Shown: positions 19,880 to 29,129 of the stretch, one piece after another
Layout of the letters: the number at the start of each line of letters is the position of its first letter
Position numbering within the stretch: the stretch's first letter is position 1
Position numbers and translations under genes: made by a program
Notes under the pieces: generated by a model
Told to the model about the DNA's origin: nothing
The model's database searches: none
What the model saw: the letters and a program-made list of their open reading frames with translations, nothing else
Source of the DNA: a virus
Virus record (IMG/VR): IMGVR_UViG_3300046791_000258
Location: 4,649-68,648 of that record
Direction: 5' to 3' (one strand)
DNA length: 64,000 bases

Positions 19880-20751
19880 GCGACATCTGGGGCGCCGACG
19901 ACGAGGAGAGCCCGCTCAGCCCGTTCAGCGCGGGCGTAGGCGCCGGCATCAATCCGGCGGTCAGTCGCGTGCGCCGCAGCTTCTTCACGCCGGTCGGCGT
20001 CACGGGCAAGAAGATCCCGCTCAGCAAGGCGATCACTGCCACCGCGCCCAAGGTTGACATGCCGTCGATCGCCAAGAGCCAGAGCTCGTCGTCGGGTGGT
20101 GGTGGCAGCGATGCCGGCGGTATCATGGGCGGCATCGCCAGCCTGTGGAACGCGCCGTTCGAACAGAAGCGCGCCCAGGAGAAGACGGCCGAGGTCGAGA
20201 AGCTGCGCCGCGATGCGCTCGCGATGGCTGCGTCGAACAAGGCGCCGGTGGTTACTTCCGACGACGCCGCATCGACGTCGAGCGGCACGACCGGCGGCGT
20301 GCCCCAGGGCATGCCCCTCCCAGGCGGCAGCTACGAGGCCAAGGCGCGCGCGCTCGAATCGGGTGGCAACGATGCTGCGGTCAACGCATCGGGCGCAGCC
20401 GGTCGCTATCAGTTCATGCCGAGCACGGCCGAGGGACTGATCAAGGCCAACCCGCATCTCAACATCAGCTCGAACTGGAGGACCAACGCCGACGACCAGG
20501 AGAAGCTGATGAAGGTCTACACCGACACCAGCCGCGAGCTCCTGCGCAAGGCCCTGGGGCGTGAGCCGACCGGCGGCGAGCTGTATGCTCTGCACATGTT
20601 CGGGCACGGCAAGGGCCCGACGATCGTGGGCGCGGGGAACGCGCCGCTCGCTTCTGTGACCAGCGAAGCGGAGCGCTCGGGCAATCCGTGGCTTAAGCGC
20701 TTTGCGACAGCTGCTGACCTGATGGCGTACTTCAACAAACGATTCAGTTAG
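19876..20751 (+). CDS. Virion-associated lysozyme-like / lytic transglycosylase protein
   Basis: LESGGN...SGAAGRYQFMPST...LYALHMFGHG lysozyme-fold motifs. Confidence 0.75.
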   Translation: MSDIWGADDEESPLSPFSAGVGAGINPAVSRVRRSFFTPVGVTGKKIPLSKAITATAPKVDMPSIAKSQSSSSGGGGSDAGGIMGGIASLWNAPFEQKRAQEKTAEVEKLRRDALAMAASNKAPVVTSDDAASTSSGTTGGVPQGMPLPGGSYEAKARALESGGNDAAVNASGAAGRYQFMPSTAEGLIKANPHLNISSNWRTNADDQEKLMKVYTDTSRELLRKALGREPTGGELYALHMFGHGKGPTIVGAGNAPLASVTSEAERSGNPWLKRFATAADLMAYFNKRFS

Positions 20752-23700
20752 ATGCCCGACAGCCTTCTGCCGCCGTTCGCGGTGCCGATCGCCAAGAACG
20801 AGCTGCCTGGAGCCCAGGCGCCGCTCGCCAGGACGACTGTGCCGACGGCTGGGGCACCGGTGGCCCGCAGCACGATGCCCCCAGGCGGGCCTCCGGTGGC
20901 CCGCAGCGTCATCCCTCCAGGCGCACCGCAGCCCGACGCTTTTGGCAGCACGACCGGCCTGCGCCAGTTCGTGACCCTGGTGGTCAAGGGCGGCGTGCCG
21001 GTGATGCTGGCCGACGCCTTCGGCAGCCCCTACCCGACGACCGGCCACGGCGCCCTGGTGTTCAACGTCCAGCCCGAGTTGTTCGATCCGACTATCCACG
21101 GCGGTACGTTCGACGACGCGGTGTTCAACGATCCGGTCTTCAACAACCCGACGTTCCCTGGCCTGCTGAACGAGCTCGGCGATCTGATCACCCACAACGG
21201 CACGGCGCCGGCACGCCTGGACATGGGCGTGCCTGGGACGCTGCTGACGGCGACGCCGACCGGTTTGCAGTGGCTGAACCCGCCGCCGCCTGTGGCGATC
21301 ACCTCGCTGACGCAGGGTACGGGCATCGTCCTAACGCCCAACCCGATCACGGTGGCGGGCACTATCGCTCTCGGCAACACGGCCGTGGCGGCTGGGGGTT
21401 ATGGCGACGCCACGCATGTCGCGCAGTTCACTGTCGATCAGCAGGGCCGGCTCACGGCGGCGGCTGCCGTCGCCATCACCTATCCGGCGCCGCCGACGTC
21501 GCTGCCTCCGAGTGGTCCGGCGGGCGGCGCGTTGACCGGGAGCTACCCCAACCCGACGCTGGTCGGCGGCCCGCTCAGCAACTACGCGCTGATCTCGTCG
21601 ATCCCGACGACGCTGCCACCGAATGGTCCGGCGAGCGGCGATCTCACCGGCAACTACCCTGGGCCGACGATCAAGGCCGACGTCAATCTGACTGGCAACC
21701 CGACCACGACTACCCAAGCGGTCGACAACAGCACGACACGCATCGCGACGACGGCCTACGTCGTGGGCCAAGGCTATTTGAAGTCGGCGACCGCAGCTCT
21801 GACTTATCAGCCGCTCGACGCGACGCTGACCGCGCTGGCTGGCCTCAACGCGACGCTTGGGTTGGTCGAGCAGACCGGCGTCGATGTCTTCGCCAAGCGG
21901 CTGATCGGCGTCGCGAATGCCACTGACATTCCGACGCGAGCTGATGCCGATGCTCGCTATGTTCAGAGCAGCACGTTCAACGAGCAAGTCGATGACCGCG
22001 TTGCCGTCTTGATTGTCGGCGGCACCAACATCACCACGGTCTACAACGACGTCGCCAACACGCTGACGATCAATGCGGCGGCTTACCCGACGACGCTGCC
22101 TCCGAGTGGCGCGGCGAGCGGCGATCTCGCAGGGAACTACCCAGGGCCGACGCTCGCCTGGATCTCTCGCTCCGCAGCTCAGACGCTCAACATCGGCACC
22201 GGCGGCACGCTGGGCTCCAACGCCTTCACCTCGACGGCTTACCAGCCGCTCGATGCCGGTCTGACGTCGCTGGCTGGTCTCGCGTTCTCGGCAAGCAGCC
22301 TCGTCGAGCAGACGGCGCTCGATACCTTCGCGACGCGCTTGATCGGTGTCGGCGCCGGCACCTCGATCCCGACCACCGCCCAGGGTGACGCGCGTTGGCT
22401 CGGCATCGCCGCCGCGGCGGGTGGCGCGCTCGCGGGCAACTACCCCAACCCGACCCTGGTCGGCGGGCCGCTCAGCAACTACCTGACGACGGCGACCGCG
22501 GCGACGACCTACTTGCCGCTCGCCGGCGGCACGCTCACCGGCAAGCTGACCGGCATCGCATCGCTGACGACAGCGGCGCCTCTCAACCTGCCGCATGGTG
22601 TTGCGCCGACCACCGGTCTCGCCAACGGCGATCTGTGGACGACGACCGCGGGTCTGTTCACCAGGATCAACGGCGCCACGGTTGGTCCGCTTGGTTCGAG
22701 TGGCACCGGCAGCGTCACCACTGTCTCGGTCGTCAATGCGAACGGCTTCAATGGCACTGTCGCCAATCCTACGACGACCCCTGCGATCACGATCAGCACG
22801 ACGATCACTGGTCTGCTGAAAGGCAACGGCACTGCGGTCAGCGCGGCGGTTGCCGGCACCGATTATATGACGCCGGGCAATGTGTCGGCGCTTTATCTGC
22901 CGCTCGCGGGCGGTACGCTGACCGGCGCGCTGATCGGCACGACGTTGGCGCTCAGTACCAGCCTAGATGTGGGGACAGGAGGCACCGAGGGTTATATTCA
23001 CATCAACGAGGGCGGGGCATCGAACGCAGGTTATGTTGCGTTCCACAAAGCCGACAATACTCGCATTGGTTATCTCGGGTTTCTCAATGATCGCATGGCC
23101 TACACCGCCGAGATGGCGGGGGGGTTTCATACATTCTACGGCCCCGGTGGTGTTCGCTGGGCCGAGCTTAATTCGACGGGATGGCACGCCGGTATTCCAA
23201 CTGGCATAACTGCACCTGCATCGCCCATCGACAATCAACTGTGGTGGAACAGCGACGGCAGCGCGGGCGGCGGCCAGCTTTATATTCGATACAACGATGG
23301 CTCGACGACTCAGTGGGTGCCTGCCGTTGCGCCTACAGCGGTCGGAGGCATTCTCGGTCGCATGGTGGCCGACAATACCGGCTTCGGCATCCTGACCGGC
23401 ACAATCCCGGCAGACAACACGATTCCTCAGATCAGCGAGGGTGTCGCTCACATTTCACTCGCCTACACGGTCAAGGTTACTGGCTCCAAGCTCCGCATCA
23501 AGTATCACGCTGAGATTTCTTCGAGCGGTGCGATGGTTGCCATAATGGCGCTGTTCAGGGACAGCAACGTGAACGCGATCAGGACTTGCTATTCCGTTCA
23601 GCAGGCAAGCAACTGGTCGGGAACCCTGGAAATGGATTTTGAATATGTGCATGGGTCGACGGCGGGGACAGTAGTTAATCTCAGCACGCGGCTTGGTACG

Positions 23701-23796
23701 AACACCTCAATCGGGATGTTTTTGAACGGCTATAATGGCGCGGCTCTGTTTGGCGGAACCAATGGCATGTTTCTCTCGGTCGAGGAATATATGTAA
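20752..23796 (+). CDS. Tail fibre / receptor-binding protein
   Basis: 1014 aa; repeats GGALTGSYPNPT, GDLTGNYPGPT, YQPLDA.LT.LAGL and YLPLAGGTLTG; AT-richer C-terminus. Confidence 0.85.
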   Translation: MPDSLLPPFAVPIAKNELPGAQAPLARTTVPTAGAPVARSTMPPGGPPVARSVIPPGAPQPDAFGSTTGLRQFVTLVVKGGVPVMLADAFGSPYPTTGHGALVFNVQPELFDPTIHGGTFDDAVFNDPVFNNPTFPGLLNELGDLITHNGTAPARLDMGVPGTLLTATPTGLQWLNPPPPVAITSLTQGTGIVLTPNPITVAGTIALGNTAVAAGGYGDATHVAQFTVDQQGRLTAAAAVAITYPAPPTSLPPSGPAGGALTGSYPNPTLVGGPLSNYALISSIPTTLPPNGPASGDLTGNYPGPTIKADVNLTGNPTTTTQAVDNSTTRIATTAYVVGQGYLKSATAALTYQPLDATLTALAGLNATLGLVEQTGVDVFAKRLIGVANATDIPTRADADARYVQSSTFNEQVDDRVAVLIVGGTNITTVYNDVANTLTINAAAYPTTLPPSGAASGDLAGNYPGPTLAWISRSAAQTLNIGTGGTLGSNAFTSTAYQPLDAGLTSLAGLAFSASSLVEQTALDTFATRLIGVGAGTSIPTTAQGDARWLGIAAAAGGALAGNYPNPTLVGGPLSNYLTTATAATTYLPLAGGTLTGKLTGIASLTTAAPLNLPHGVAPTTGLANGDLWTTTAGLFTRINGATVGPLGSSGTGSVTTVSVVNANGFNGTVANPTTTPAITISTTITGLLKGNGTAVSAAVAGTDYMTPGNVSALYLPLAGGTLTGALIGTTLALSTSLDVGTGGTEGYIHINEGGASNAGYVAFHKADNTRIGYLGFLNDRMAYTAEMAGGFHTFYGPGGVRWAELNSTGWHAGIPTGITAPASPIDNQLWWNSDGSAGGGQLYIRYNDGSTTQWVPAVAPTAVGGILGRMVADNTGFGILTGTIPADNTIPQISEGVAHISLAYTVKVTGSKLRIKYHAEISSSGAMVAIMALFRDSNVNAIRTCYSVQQASNWSGTLEMDFEYVHGSTAGTVVNLSTRLGTNTSIGMFLNGYNGAALFGGTNGMFLSVEEYM

Positions 23797-24272
23797 TGGC
23801 TGCCATCGACTTCCCCGCCTCGCCAACCACGGGTCAGACCTTCGCCGCGCCAAATGGTGTCGTCTATCAATTCACCGCTGGCGGGATTTGGATCGTCAAT
23901 GGACTAGCACTCACTGGTAACTCTGCCACTGTAGCGCCGGGTGGTGATATTTCTCTGAGTGGTTCAGCATACATTACAACGATGACGTTGCCGTCTGTTG
24001 GTGCTGCTGGTCAGGTGTGGTTTGCAGAACTCACTTTCAGTTATTACGGCGGCACAGGCGCATGGCTTAACGTCGCCATTCTTGCCAACGGTTCCCCTGT
24101 TCAGAGTACAACGGCTTATGACGTAAGCGGAGCAAACACCACCGTTCCCGTTCATTGGCTAGGCGCTCTTACAGGAGCGACTGTTTTTACCGCCGCCGGG
24201 CATCCTAATGGGGCTACCGGGGTACACTGGAATGGTGACGGGTCGAGACTTAGCGCGTTCAGGCTCTCGTAG
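23796..24272 (+). CDS. Tail fibre-associated protein
   Basis: IDFPASPTTGQTF...Y.F...W N-terminal module typical of fibre adaptors; AT-richer codons. Confidence 0.65.
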   Translation: MAAIDFPASPTTGQTFAAPNGVVYQFTAGGIWIVNGLALTGNSATVAPGGDISLSGSAYITTMTLPSVGAAGQVWFAELTFSYYGGTGAWLNVAILANGSPVQSTTAYDVSGANTTVPVHWLGALTGATVFTAAGHPNGATGVHWNGDGSRLSAFRLS

Positions 24273-24280
24273 GAGAAACT

Positions 24281-24541
24281 ATGGCCGAGGTTCGATACAG
24301 GGTGATGGCGGCACGGCTGGGCGAAATCGACGTTCGGTTTCGGGTGAACATCGGGACGCGCGTGATCGAACTGACGCGCACCCTTGAGTGGGACGGGCAT
24401 CCAGAGTTCGATGCTTTCATTCAAGTGCAAGTAAGCCTCGCCCATCTTCGCCTGCTGCAACTCGCGGACAGTATTGACCTCAATCCGTTTGTCGGGCGGC
24501 GTGGCACCCTCACGCCGCATGTGCCGCCATTCCCGCCATGA
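24281..24541 (+). CDS. Hypothetical protein
   Basis: AGGAG SD, 86 aa. Confidence 0.5.
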   Translation: MAEVRYRVMAARLGEIDVRFRVNIGTRVIELTRTLEWDGHPEFDAFIQVQVSLAHLRLLQLADSIDLNPFVGRRGTLTPHVPPFPP

Positions 24542-24544
24542 GCG

Positions 24545-24781
24545 ATGGACCGTCCGCCCTTCGATCCGCTGCGCGCCAGCTTCTGGCTGATCGCAACCAT
24601 CCTGGGCGTGCAATGCGTTGTCGCCCTGGCCAGCGCCGCGGTCTGCGTCTACTGGACGACGGCCATCGTCGAAGGGAAGATCTCGTGTGAGCCGGTGATG
24701 AACCGGCTGGGCGAGCTACTGACTGCCGCTCTTGCTGCCGCCCTGGCGTTCACGGCGGGCTTCACCAGGAGAGACAAATAG
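24545..24781 (+). CDS. Two-TM membrane protein (holin candidate)
   Basis: Two hydrophobic helices with a basic C-tail; follows the tail genes. Confidence 0.5.
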   Translation: MDRPPFDPLRASFWLIATILGVQCVVALASAAVCVYWTTAIVEGKISCEPVMNRLGELLTAALAAALAFTAGFTRRDK

Positions 24782-24790
24782 GAGGCTGCC

Positions 24791-24940
24791 ATGCTGCTCA
24801 TGATCTTGTTCTGGGTGATATTGGTCTTGGCCGCGCTCGGCGGCGGCTACTACTATCGCATCCAACCCTGGTTCCCCGGCGTCGGCGTCGTGCTGGTGCT
24901 GCTGGCCCTGCTCGGATGGAAAGTGTTCCCGCCCGGATGA
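24791..24940 (+). CDS. Small two-TM membrane protein
   Basis: GGAGG SD; MLLMILFWVILVLAALGGGYYY...LLALLGWKVF (49 aa, below the ORF-track cutoff). Confidence 0.55.
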   Translation: MLLMILFWVILVLAALGGGYYYRIQPWFPGVGVVLVLLALLGWKVFPPG

Positions 24941-25095
24941 CCCTCTTAATCATCATCCTGGTGATCGTGCTGCTCGGTGGCGGCTGGTTCGGACACGCGA
25001 ACTGGGGTTACCCTGGGCTCGGCGGTGTGCTCGGCCTCGTGTTGGTCGTGTTGCTGATCCTGGCACTCACAGGCAACCTGCACGGCTTAGGTTGA
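24937..25095 (+). CDS. DUF3309-like small membrane protein
   Basis: MTLLIIILVIVLLGGGWFGHANWGYPGLGGVLGLVLVVLLILALTG pattern. Confidence 0.6.
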   Translation: MTLLIIILVIVLLGGGWFGHANWGYPGLGGVLGLVLVVLLILALTGNLHGLG

Positions 25096-25101
25096 CCGGC
25101 G

Positions 25102-25127
25102 GCCCCAGGCGAGCTCCCGCCTGGGGC
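25102..25127. terminator. Hairpin between convergent genes
   Basis: GCCCCAGGCG / CGCCTGGGGC 10-bp stem. Confidence 0.5.
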
Positions 25128-25134
25128 ACACTGC

Positions 25135-25563
25135 CTATTTCTTGGCTCCCGCCAAAGCGCGCGCCTTGATCTCCTCGGGGTCGAGCTCGTCGCCCTCCTC
25201 GTCGTCCTCGGGCTGATAACCCATCAGCACCAGGAGCTGGCCGGCGGCGACCGGCGTGTAGATCCGGTTGAGGTCGTCCTCGATCACCTTGATCATCTTG
25301 CGGCTGATGTAGAGCTCGCCGTTCTCGGCGTTCTCCTTGGCCTTGGTCGCGTTGAGCGCCAGGGTGTAGCGCATCACCTGCTCGCGCGAGGTGTACGGCT
25401 TGTTCGGCTGGCCGGGCTGCAGTGCGACGTGCACCAGGATGTCGCCCACCGTCATCGGCTCGCCCTTGACGGTGACCTTGCCGTCCTTGTCCTTCTCGTC
25501 GGGCGACGACATCAGCGCGACGCCGTTGGGATGGCGCATGATGAACCGGGTGTCGATCTTCAA
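25135..25563 (-). CDS. Hypothetical protein
   Basis: AAGGAGG SD before TTG; good codon bias. Confidence 0.65.
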   Translation of the reverse strand: MKIDTRFIMRHPNGVALMSSPDEKDKDGKVTVKGEPMTVGDILVHVALQPGQPNKPYTSREQVMRYTLALNATKAKENAENGELYISRKMIKVIEDDLNRIYTPVAAGQLLVLMGYQPEDDEEGDELDPEEIKARALAGAKK

Positions 25564-25615
25564 ACAAACCTCCTTGGGGGTTCCCCCATTCAGAATCCTA
25601 CCTTAGTGTAGAGCG

Positions 25616-26377
25616 ATGAACACACTAAGTCCCTCTGAACTGTTCGAACGTGCTCCAGGCGCCCAGCCTCTCGCCAAGAAGCATTCGCCCGGACTGATCG
25701 ACACCAACGAGTTCATGGCGGTGATCCGCAAGACGCTCGGTCATAAGCCGGTGATGGCCGTCCAGGGTCGCGCCCACAGCGACGTCGACGGTATGTCCAA
25801 GAAGGCGGCGATCGCCAAGCGCGAGCGCCAGGGCCGCCACCTGATCGTCTGCGCCGACGAGAGCTCGGGCGCCGCGACGATCGTGCTGAACAGCCACACC
25901 GTCCGGCGCAAGGCCTGGATCGCCGCCGGCTTCTACGAGCCCAAGCGCGGACTGCTGCTGGTCGGGGTCGCCCTGCCGCTGCAGCGTTGGCGGGGCTACA
26001 AGACGGCCCTGGACGAGCTGGAGCGCTACCGTGCCCAGCTGACCAGGGCTCGGCGAGAACTGCGCCAGCGGGCTCCCCAGGGCCCGGAGATCGATGCTTT
26101 CGCAGAGCGGGTCTCCAAGGAGGCCTACCTGCCTGGGCACAAGCCGATCGCCCCAGGCGAGCTGGTGTCGGTCCGCTCGGGATCGGTTTTCCGGGTGCTG
26201 TTCGACATGCTGGCCAGGGTGGTCGAGGGCAACCTGCCGGCCGCTGAGCAGGACCGCCGCAAGGTCAAGCCGATCAAGGGCCCCGACGCGCTGATGCATG
26301 CCGGCAACGTGATGTGGAACATCGGCACCGACTCTCTCGCCCACCCGCCGGCGCTGCCCAAATATCGCAAGACGTGA
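25616..26377 (+). CDS. Divergent DUF932/DUF945-like protein
   Basis: Aligns by eye to 26737-27558: IVLNSH...AGFY and C-terminal VLFDMLARVVEG...K.I.G.D......MW. Confidence 0.5.
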   Translation: MNTLSPSELFERAPGAQPLAKKHSPGLIDTNEFMAVIRKTLGHKPVMAVQGRAHSDVDGMSKKAAIAKRERQGRHLIVCADESSGAATIVLNSHTVRRKAWIAAGFYEPKRGLLLVGVALPLQRWRGYKTALDELERYRAQLTRARRELRQRAPQGPEIDAFAERVSKEAYLPGHKPIAPGELVSVRSGSVFRVLFDMLARVVEGNLPAAEQDRRKVKPIKGPDALMHAGNVMWNIGTDSLAHPPALPKYRKT

Positions 26378-26691
26378 CCTGGGCAAACGAGACGCTGTTG
26401 TGGGAGTACCAGCTGCCGCGGCTGCGCGGCTGGTGGCGGCGCCTGGAAGCCTCGACACCCGAGGGGGTGCCCGACAGCTTCGGCCTGTGGAACGCCGAGA
26501 CGCACTGGCTGGAGCGCAAGATCGGCAAGCCGTCGAAAGACGCGCTGCGGCCCAAGCAGGCCGAGTTCGGCCTGGAGTGCATGCGCCGCGGCATCAGCTA
26601 CTACGTCTGCTTCGGCTATCGCGACGAGGTGCTGTTCTTCAAGGACTACACCTTCCTGATCGCGGTGACCCCACCGTACTGGAAGGCCTAA
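26374..26691 (+). CDS. VRR-NUC / PD-(D/E)xK nuclease (Holliday-junction resolvase-like)
   Basis: E..L...RRLE...GVPD...WLERK...LRPKQ. Confidence 0.75.
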   Translation: MTWANETLLWEYQLPRLRGWWRRLEASTPEGVPDSFGLWNAETHWLERKIGKPSKDALRPKQAEFGLECMRRGISYYVCFGYRDEVLFFKDYTFLIAVTPPYWKA

Positions 26692-26736
26692 AGGCGGCGA
26701 GGCTTCCCGGCCCCGCCGCCCCTGGGCGCTCGTAGG

Positions 26737-27558
26737 TTAAGCGAGCACCGGTACGGATGCCGGCCTCGCCTCGGCAGCCAGCGAACTGGCTGCCGCCCAG
26801 AGCTTGCGATTGAAGTCGACGTCGGCTGCCAACGTCGAGATGCGCTTCAGGCTAGCACGCTTGCCAGTCGACGTGCGACCCGACGCGCCACCCTTCGTGA
26901 TGTTCTCCTGGACCCGGTTGAAGGTGTTCCACAGGTTGAGTTCATAGTCGCCCTCGCGGCGGGCGATCAGCAGCGCGTCAGGATGGACGTCAAGCGCGGT
27001 GCCCCGCGCCATCAACGCGGCGCTGGCGAAGCGGGTCGCCTGGAGCCCGTTGAGCTTGATCTTCGACCAGTCCTGGGCGATCTCGATCGTGCGGTTGAGG
27101 TTCTTCATCAGCATCTGCATGCCGGTATGGAGCTGCTCGACACGGTCCTTGCCGGTGTGCCGCACCTTGAACGACATGTCGACGAGCTGGCTGTCGAACA
27201 CCCGCATGCCGTTGGTGCAGACCGCGCGATGCAGACCGCTGTCGAACGACAGGCCGCTGGTGCGATCGTGACTGTTGAGGAACAGCAGCTCGGGCGAGAG
27301 CTCACCGAGCTCGGGCGCCTGGGCGTAGTCGCTGATCCGGCGGAAGCGGACCTCGTGCATGGCGTACTGCCGGCCGTCGGGTTGCCGCTTCTTGCCCTCG
27401 CGCGCCGACACGGCCTCGAAGCCCAGGCTGCGCAGCTCACGCACCACGCGGTAGCTCGGCAGGTAGGCGTAGCGCTCGCTGACGCTGGGCGCCGCGACGG
27501 TCGCGAAGATTGACGGTGCCGCCTCGCGCAGCATGTCGTCGGTCATGGAATTGAACAT
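26737..27558 (-). CDS. DUF932/DUF945 family protein
   Basis: APSIFA...SERYAYLP, HEVRFR, LNSHDRTS, RAVCTNG, WNTFNRVQEN.TKGG. Confidence 0.85.
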   Translation of the reverse strand: MFNSMTDDMLREAAPSIFATVAAPSVSERYAYLPSYRVVRELRSLGFEAVSAREGKKRQPDGRQYAMHEVRFRRISDYAQAPELGELSPELLFLNSHDRTSGLSFDSGLHRAVCTNGMRVFDSQLVDMSFKVRHTGKDRVEQLHTGMQMLMKNLNRTIEIAQDWSKIKLNGLQATRFASAALMARGTALDVHPDALLIARREGDYELNLWNTFNRVQENITKGGASGRTSTGKRASLKRISTLAADVDFNRKLWAAASSLAAEARPASVPVLA

Positions 27559-27582
27559 CAGGAAGTCTCCGTTGGTTGGATG

Positions 27583-28098
27583 TTACTGCTTCGCCTTGAG
27601 GCTCGCCAGCAGCTGGCGAGCCCCTTCTTTGCTGACGCTGATGGACCCGCCGTGGCTGTTGCGGAACATCTGCTTGTAGTCGTTTTCGTCGTTCGGCATC
27701 GGCTCGCCGACCAGGGCGTAGAGCACCCGGCGCAAGTCGCTGACGGTCTCCTTCTCTTCGGTCTCCCGCCGGATCTTCTCGGTGGTCTCGCGCTGCTTGC
27801 GCTCGACCAGGACGAGATGCTCCTGGTAGGGCCCGAGCAGAGCGTCGGGCGTCACGTAGGTGACGTTCTTGACGCCGTGCTCGGCGTTCTCAGCCCACTG
27901 CGGCCGATCGGGATGATCTTCGATGATCACCCCCTCGACCATCGACTTGTAGTCGTGCGGCGAGCCGGTGTTGCGATGGCGTGTCGTCGTCACCGCGGTG
28001 ACCCGCAGGCGGACCAGCTCACGACCCTCGTCGTTCTTGGTCACGTCGGGACGGTAGATCGCGTAGACCGTCCCGATCTGGATCTTCGAGGCCTGCAT
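27583..28098 (-). CDS. Hypothetical early protein
   Basis: In operon with flanking genes; typical codon usage. Confidence 0.65.
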   Translation of the reverse strand: MQASKIQIGTVYAIYRPDVTKNDEGRELVRLRVTAVTTTRHRNTGSPHDYKSMVEGVIIEDHPDRPQWAENAEHGVKNVTYVTPDALLGPYQEHLVLVERKQRETTEKIRRETEEKETVSDLRRVLYALVGEPMPNDENDYKQMFRNSHGGSISVSKEGARQLLASLKAKQ

Positions 28099-28422
28099 CT
28101 AAGCCGCCATCTTGCGGGCCGACACCTTGGCGACCGTCACTTCGGTGGTCGTGGTGTGGGCAGCGATGAACTGCGGCGAGAGCTTGGCGCGGACCGCCTC
28201 CATGTCGAGGCGGTTCTGCTCCTGAGTGAACACGTTCACTTCGTAGAGCTGGCCCTGGTAGCGCTCGGGGCCGAGGCCCTTCAGCTTGTTGAGGTCGGCC
28301 TTGAGCACCTCTTCGAGAGGGGCGAGCTGGGCCTTGAGCAACCCGATCTTGTCAACCAGCTCGACGATCTGTTCGGCGGTCAGGGTGACGGGGGCGGGCT
28401 TAGTCTTTACTGCGGTTGCCAT
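28099..28422 (-). CDS. Small early coiled-coil protein
   Basis: Start-associated motif ACGGAGACTTCCC precedes ATG at 28422; VDKIGLLKAQLA. Confidence 0.7.
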   Translation of the reverse strand: MATAVKTKPAPVTLTAEQIVELVDKIGLLKAQLAPLEEVLKADLNKLKGLGPERYQGQLYEVNVFTQEQNRLDMEAVRAKLSPQFIAAHTTTTEVTVAKVSARKMAA

Positions 28423-28460
28423 GGGAAGTCTCCGTATTGGCTGTTGTTGCGACCCGACAG

Positions 28461-28500
28461 AGATAGGATGCCTGATCACGATGTTCAAGGACTATTTTAG
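28461..28500 (-). promoter_or_regulatory. Repeated early promoter/operator, copy 1
   Basis: CTAAAATAGTC-CTTGAA-catcgtgatcaggcatc-CTATCT. Confidence 0.75.
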
Positions 28501-28574
28501 CGGGAACCTCTTAGCCCTTGCGGTGCCCAGGCGGCGTGCTATTTTCCCGTTTCCTCTCACCCCAGGAGCCCCCA

Positions 28575-29087
28575 ATGCTGGCTGATGTCGTCCAGGCTCT
28601 CGTCGATTGCCGCCGCCGGATCAAGCGTCTTGAGGCCGAGCTCGAACTGGCCAAGGCCGAGCGAAAGCACCTGGAGGAGATCGACCTGCCGCCGCTGTTC
28701 CTGGCCGCCAAGACGTCGAGCTTCACCCTGGCCGACACCGGCGTCATCGCGACCAAGAGCCTGTTCGCCTACATCCGGCTGGCCAAGGAAGGGCCCAAGC
28801 GGCTGGCCACGTTGGCGTGGTTGGAGCAGGTTGGCGAGAACGATGCGATCAAGGCCAAGCTGACCGCCGAGTGGAGCCGTGGCGAGATCGAGATCGCGCG
28901 CAAGGCCTACGAGGCGCTGGCCAAGGACGGCAGCGCCAAGGTCGACCTCGCGGAAGATATCCACTGGACGACGCTGCAAAGCATCGTCCTGGAGCGGGTC
29001 AAGCGCGGCGACGTGGTGCCGCTCGACGAGATCGGCGCCACGGTCGGCGACCACGTCACGATCACCCGCGAGCCCGCGTTGCGGTGA
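28575..29087 (+). CDS. Conserved replication-module protein
   Basis: AGGAG SD; coiled coil, DLPPL...SF.L..., WL...G...IK, IHW.TL pattern common upstream of phage PolA. Confidence 0.65.
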   Translation: MLADVVQALVDCRRRIKRLEAELELAKAERKHLEEIDLPPLFLAAKTSSFTLADTGVIATKSLFAYIRLAKEGPKRLATLAWLEQVGENDAIKAKLTAEWSRGEIEIARKAYEALAKDGSAKVDLAEDIHWTTLQSIVLERVKRGDVVPLDEIGATVGDHVTITREPALR

Positions 29088-29129
29088 GCGGTATCCAATC
29101 AGCGTCCAACTAGATACCAGGAGAATTGC

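Noticed and set aside
20752-24272. Diversity-generating retroelement or invertible tail-fibre cassette
   Set aside because: No reverse transcriptase, invertase or adenine-specific TR/VR pair seen in the window
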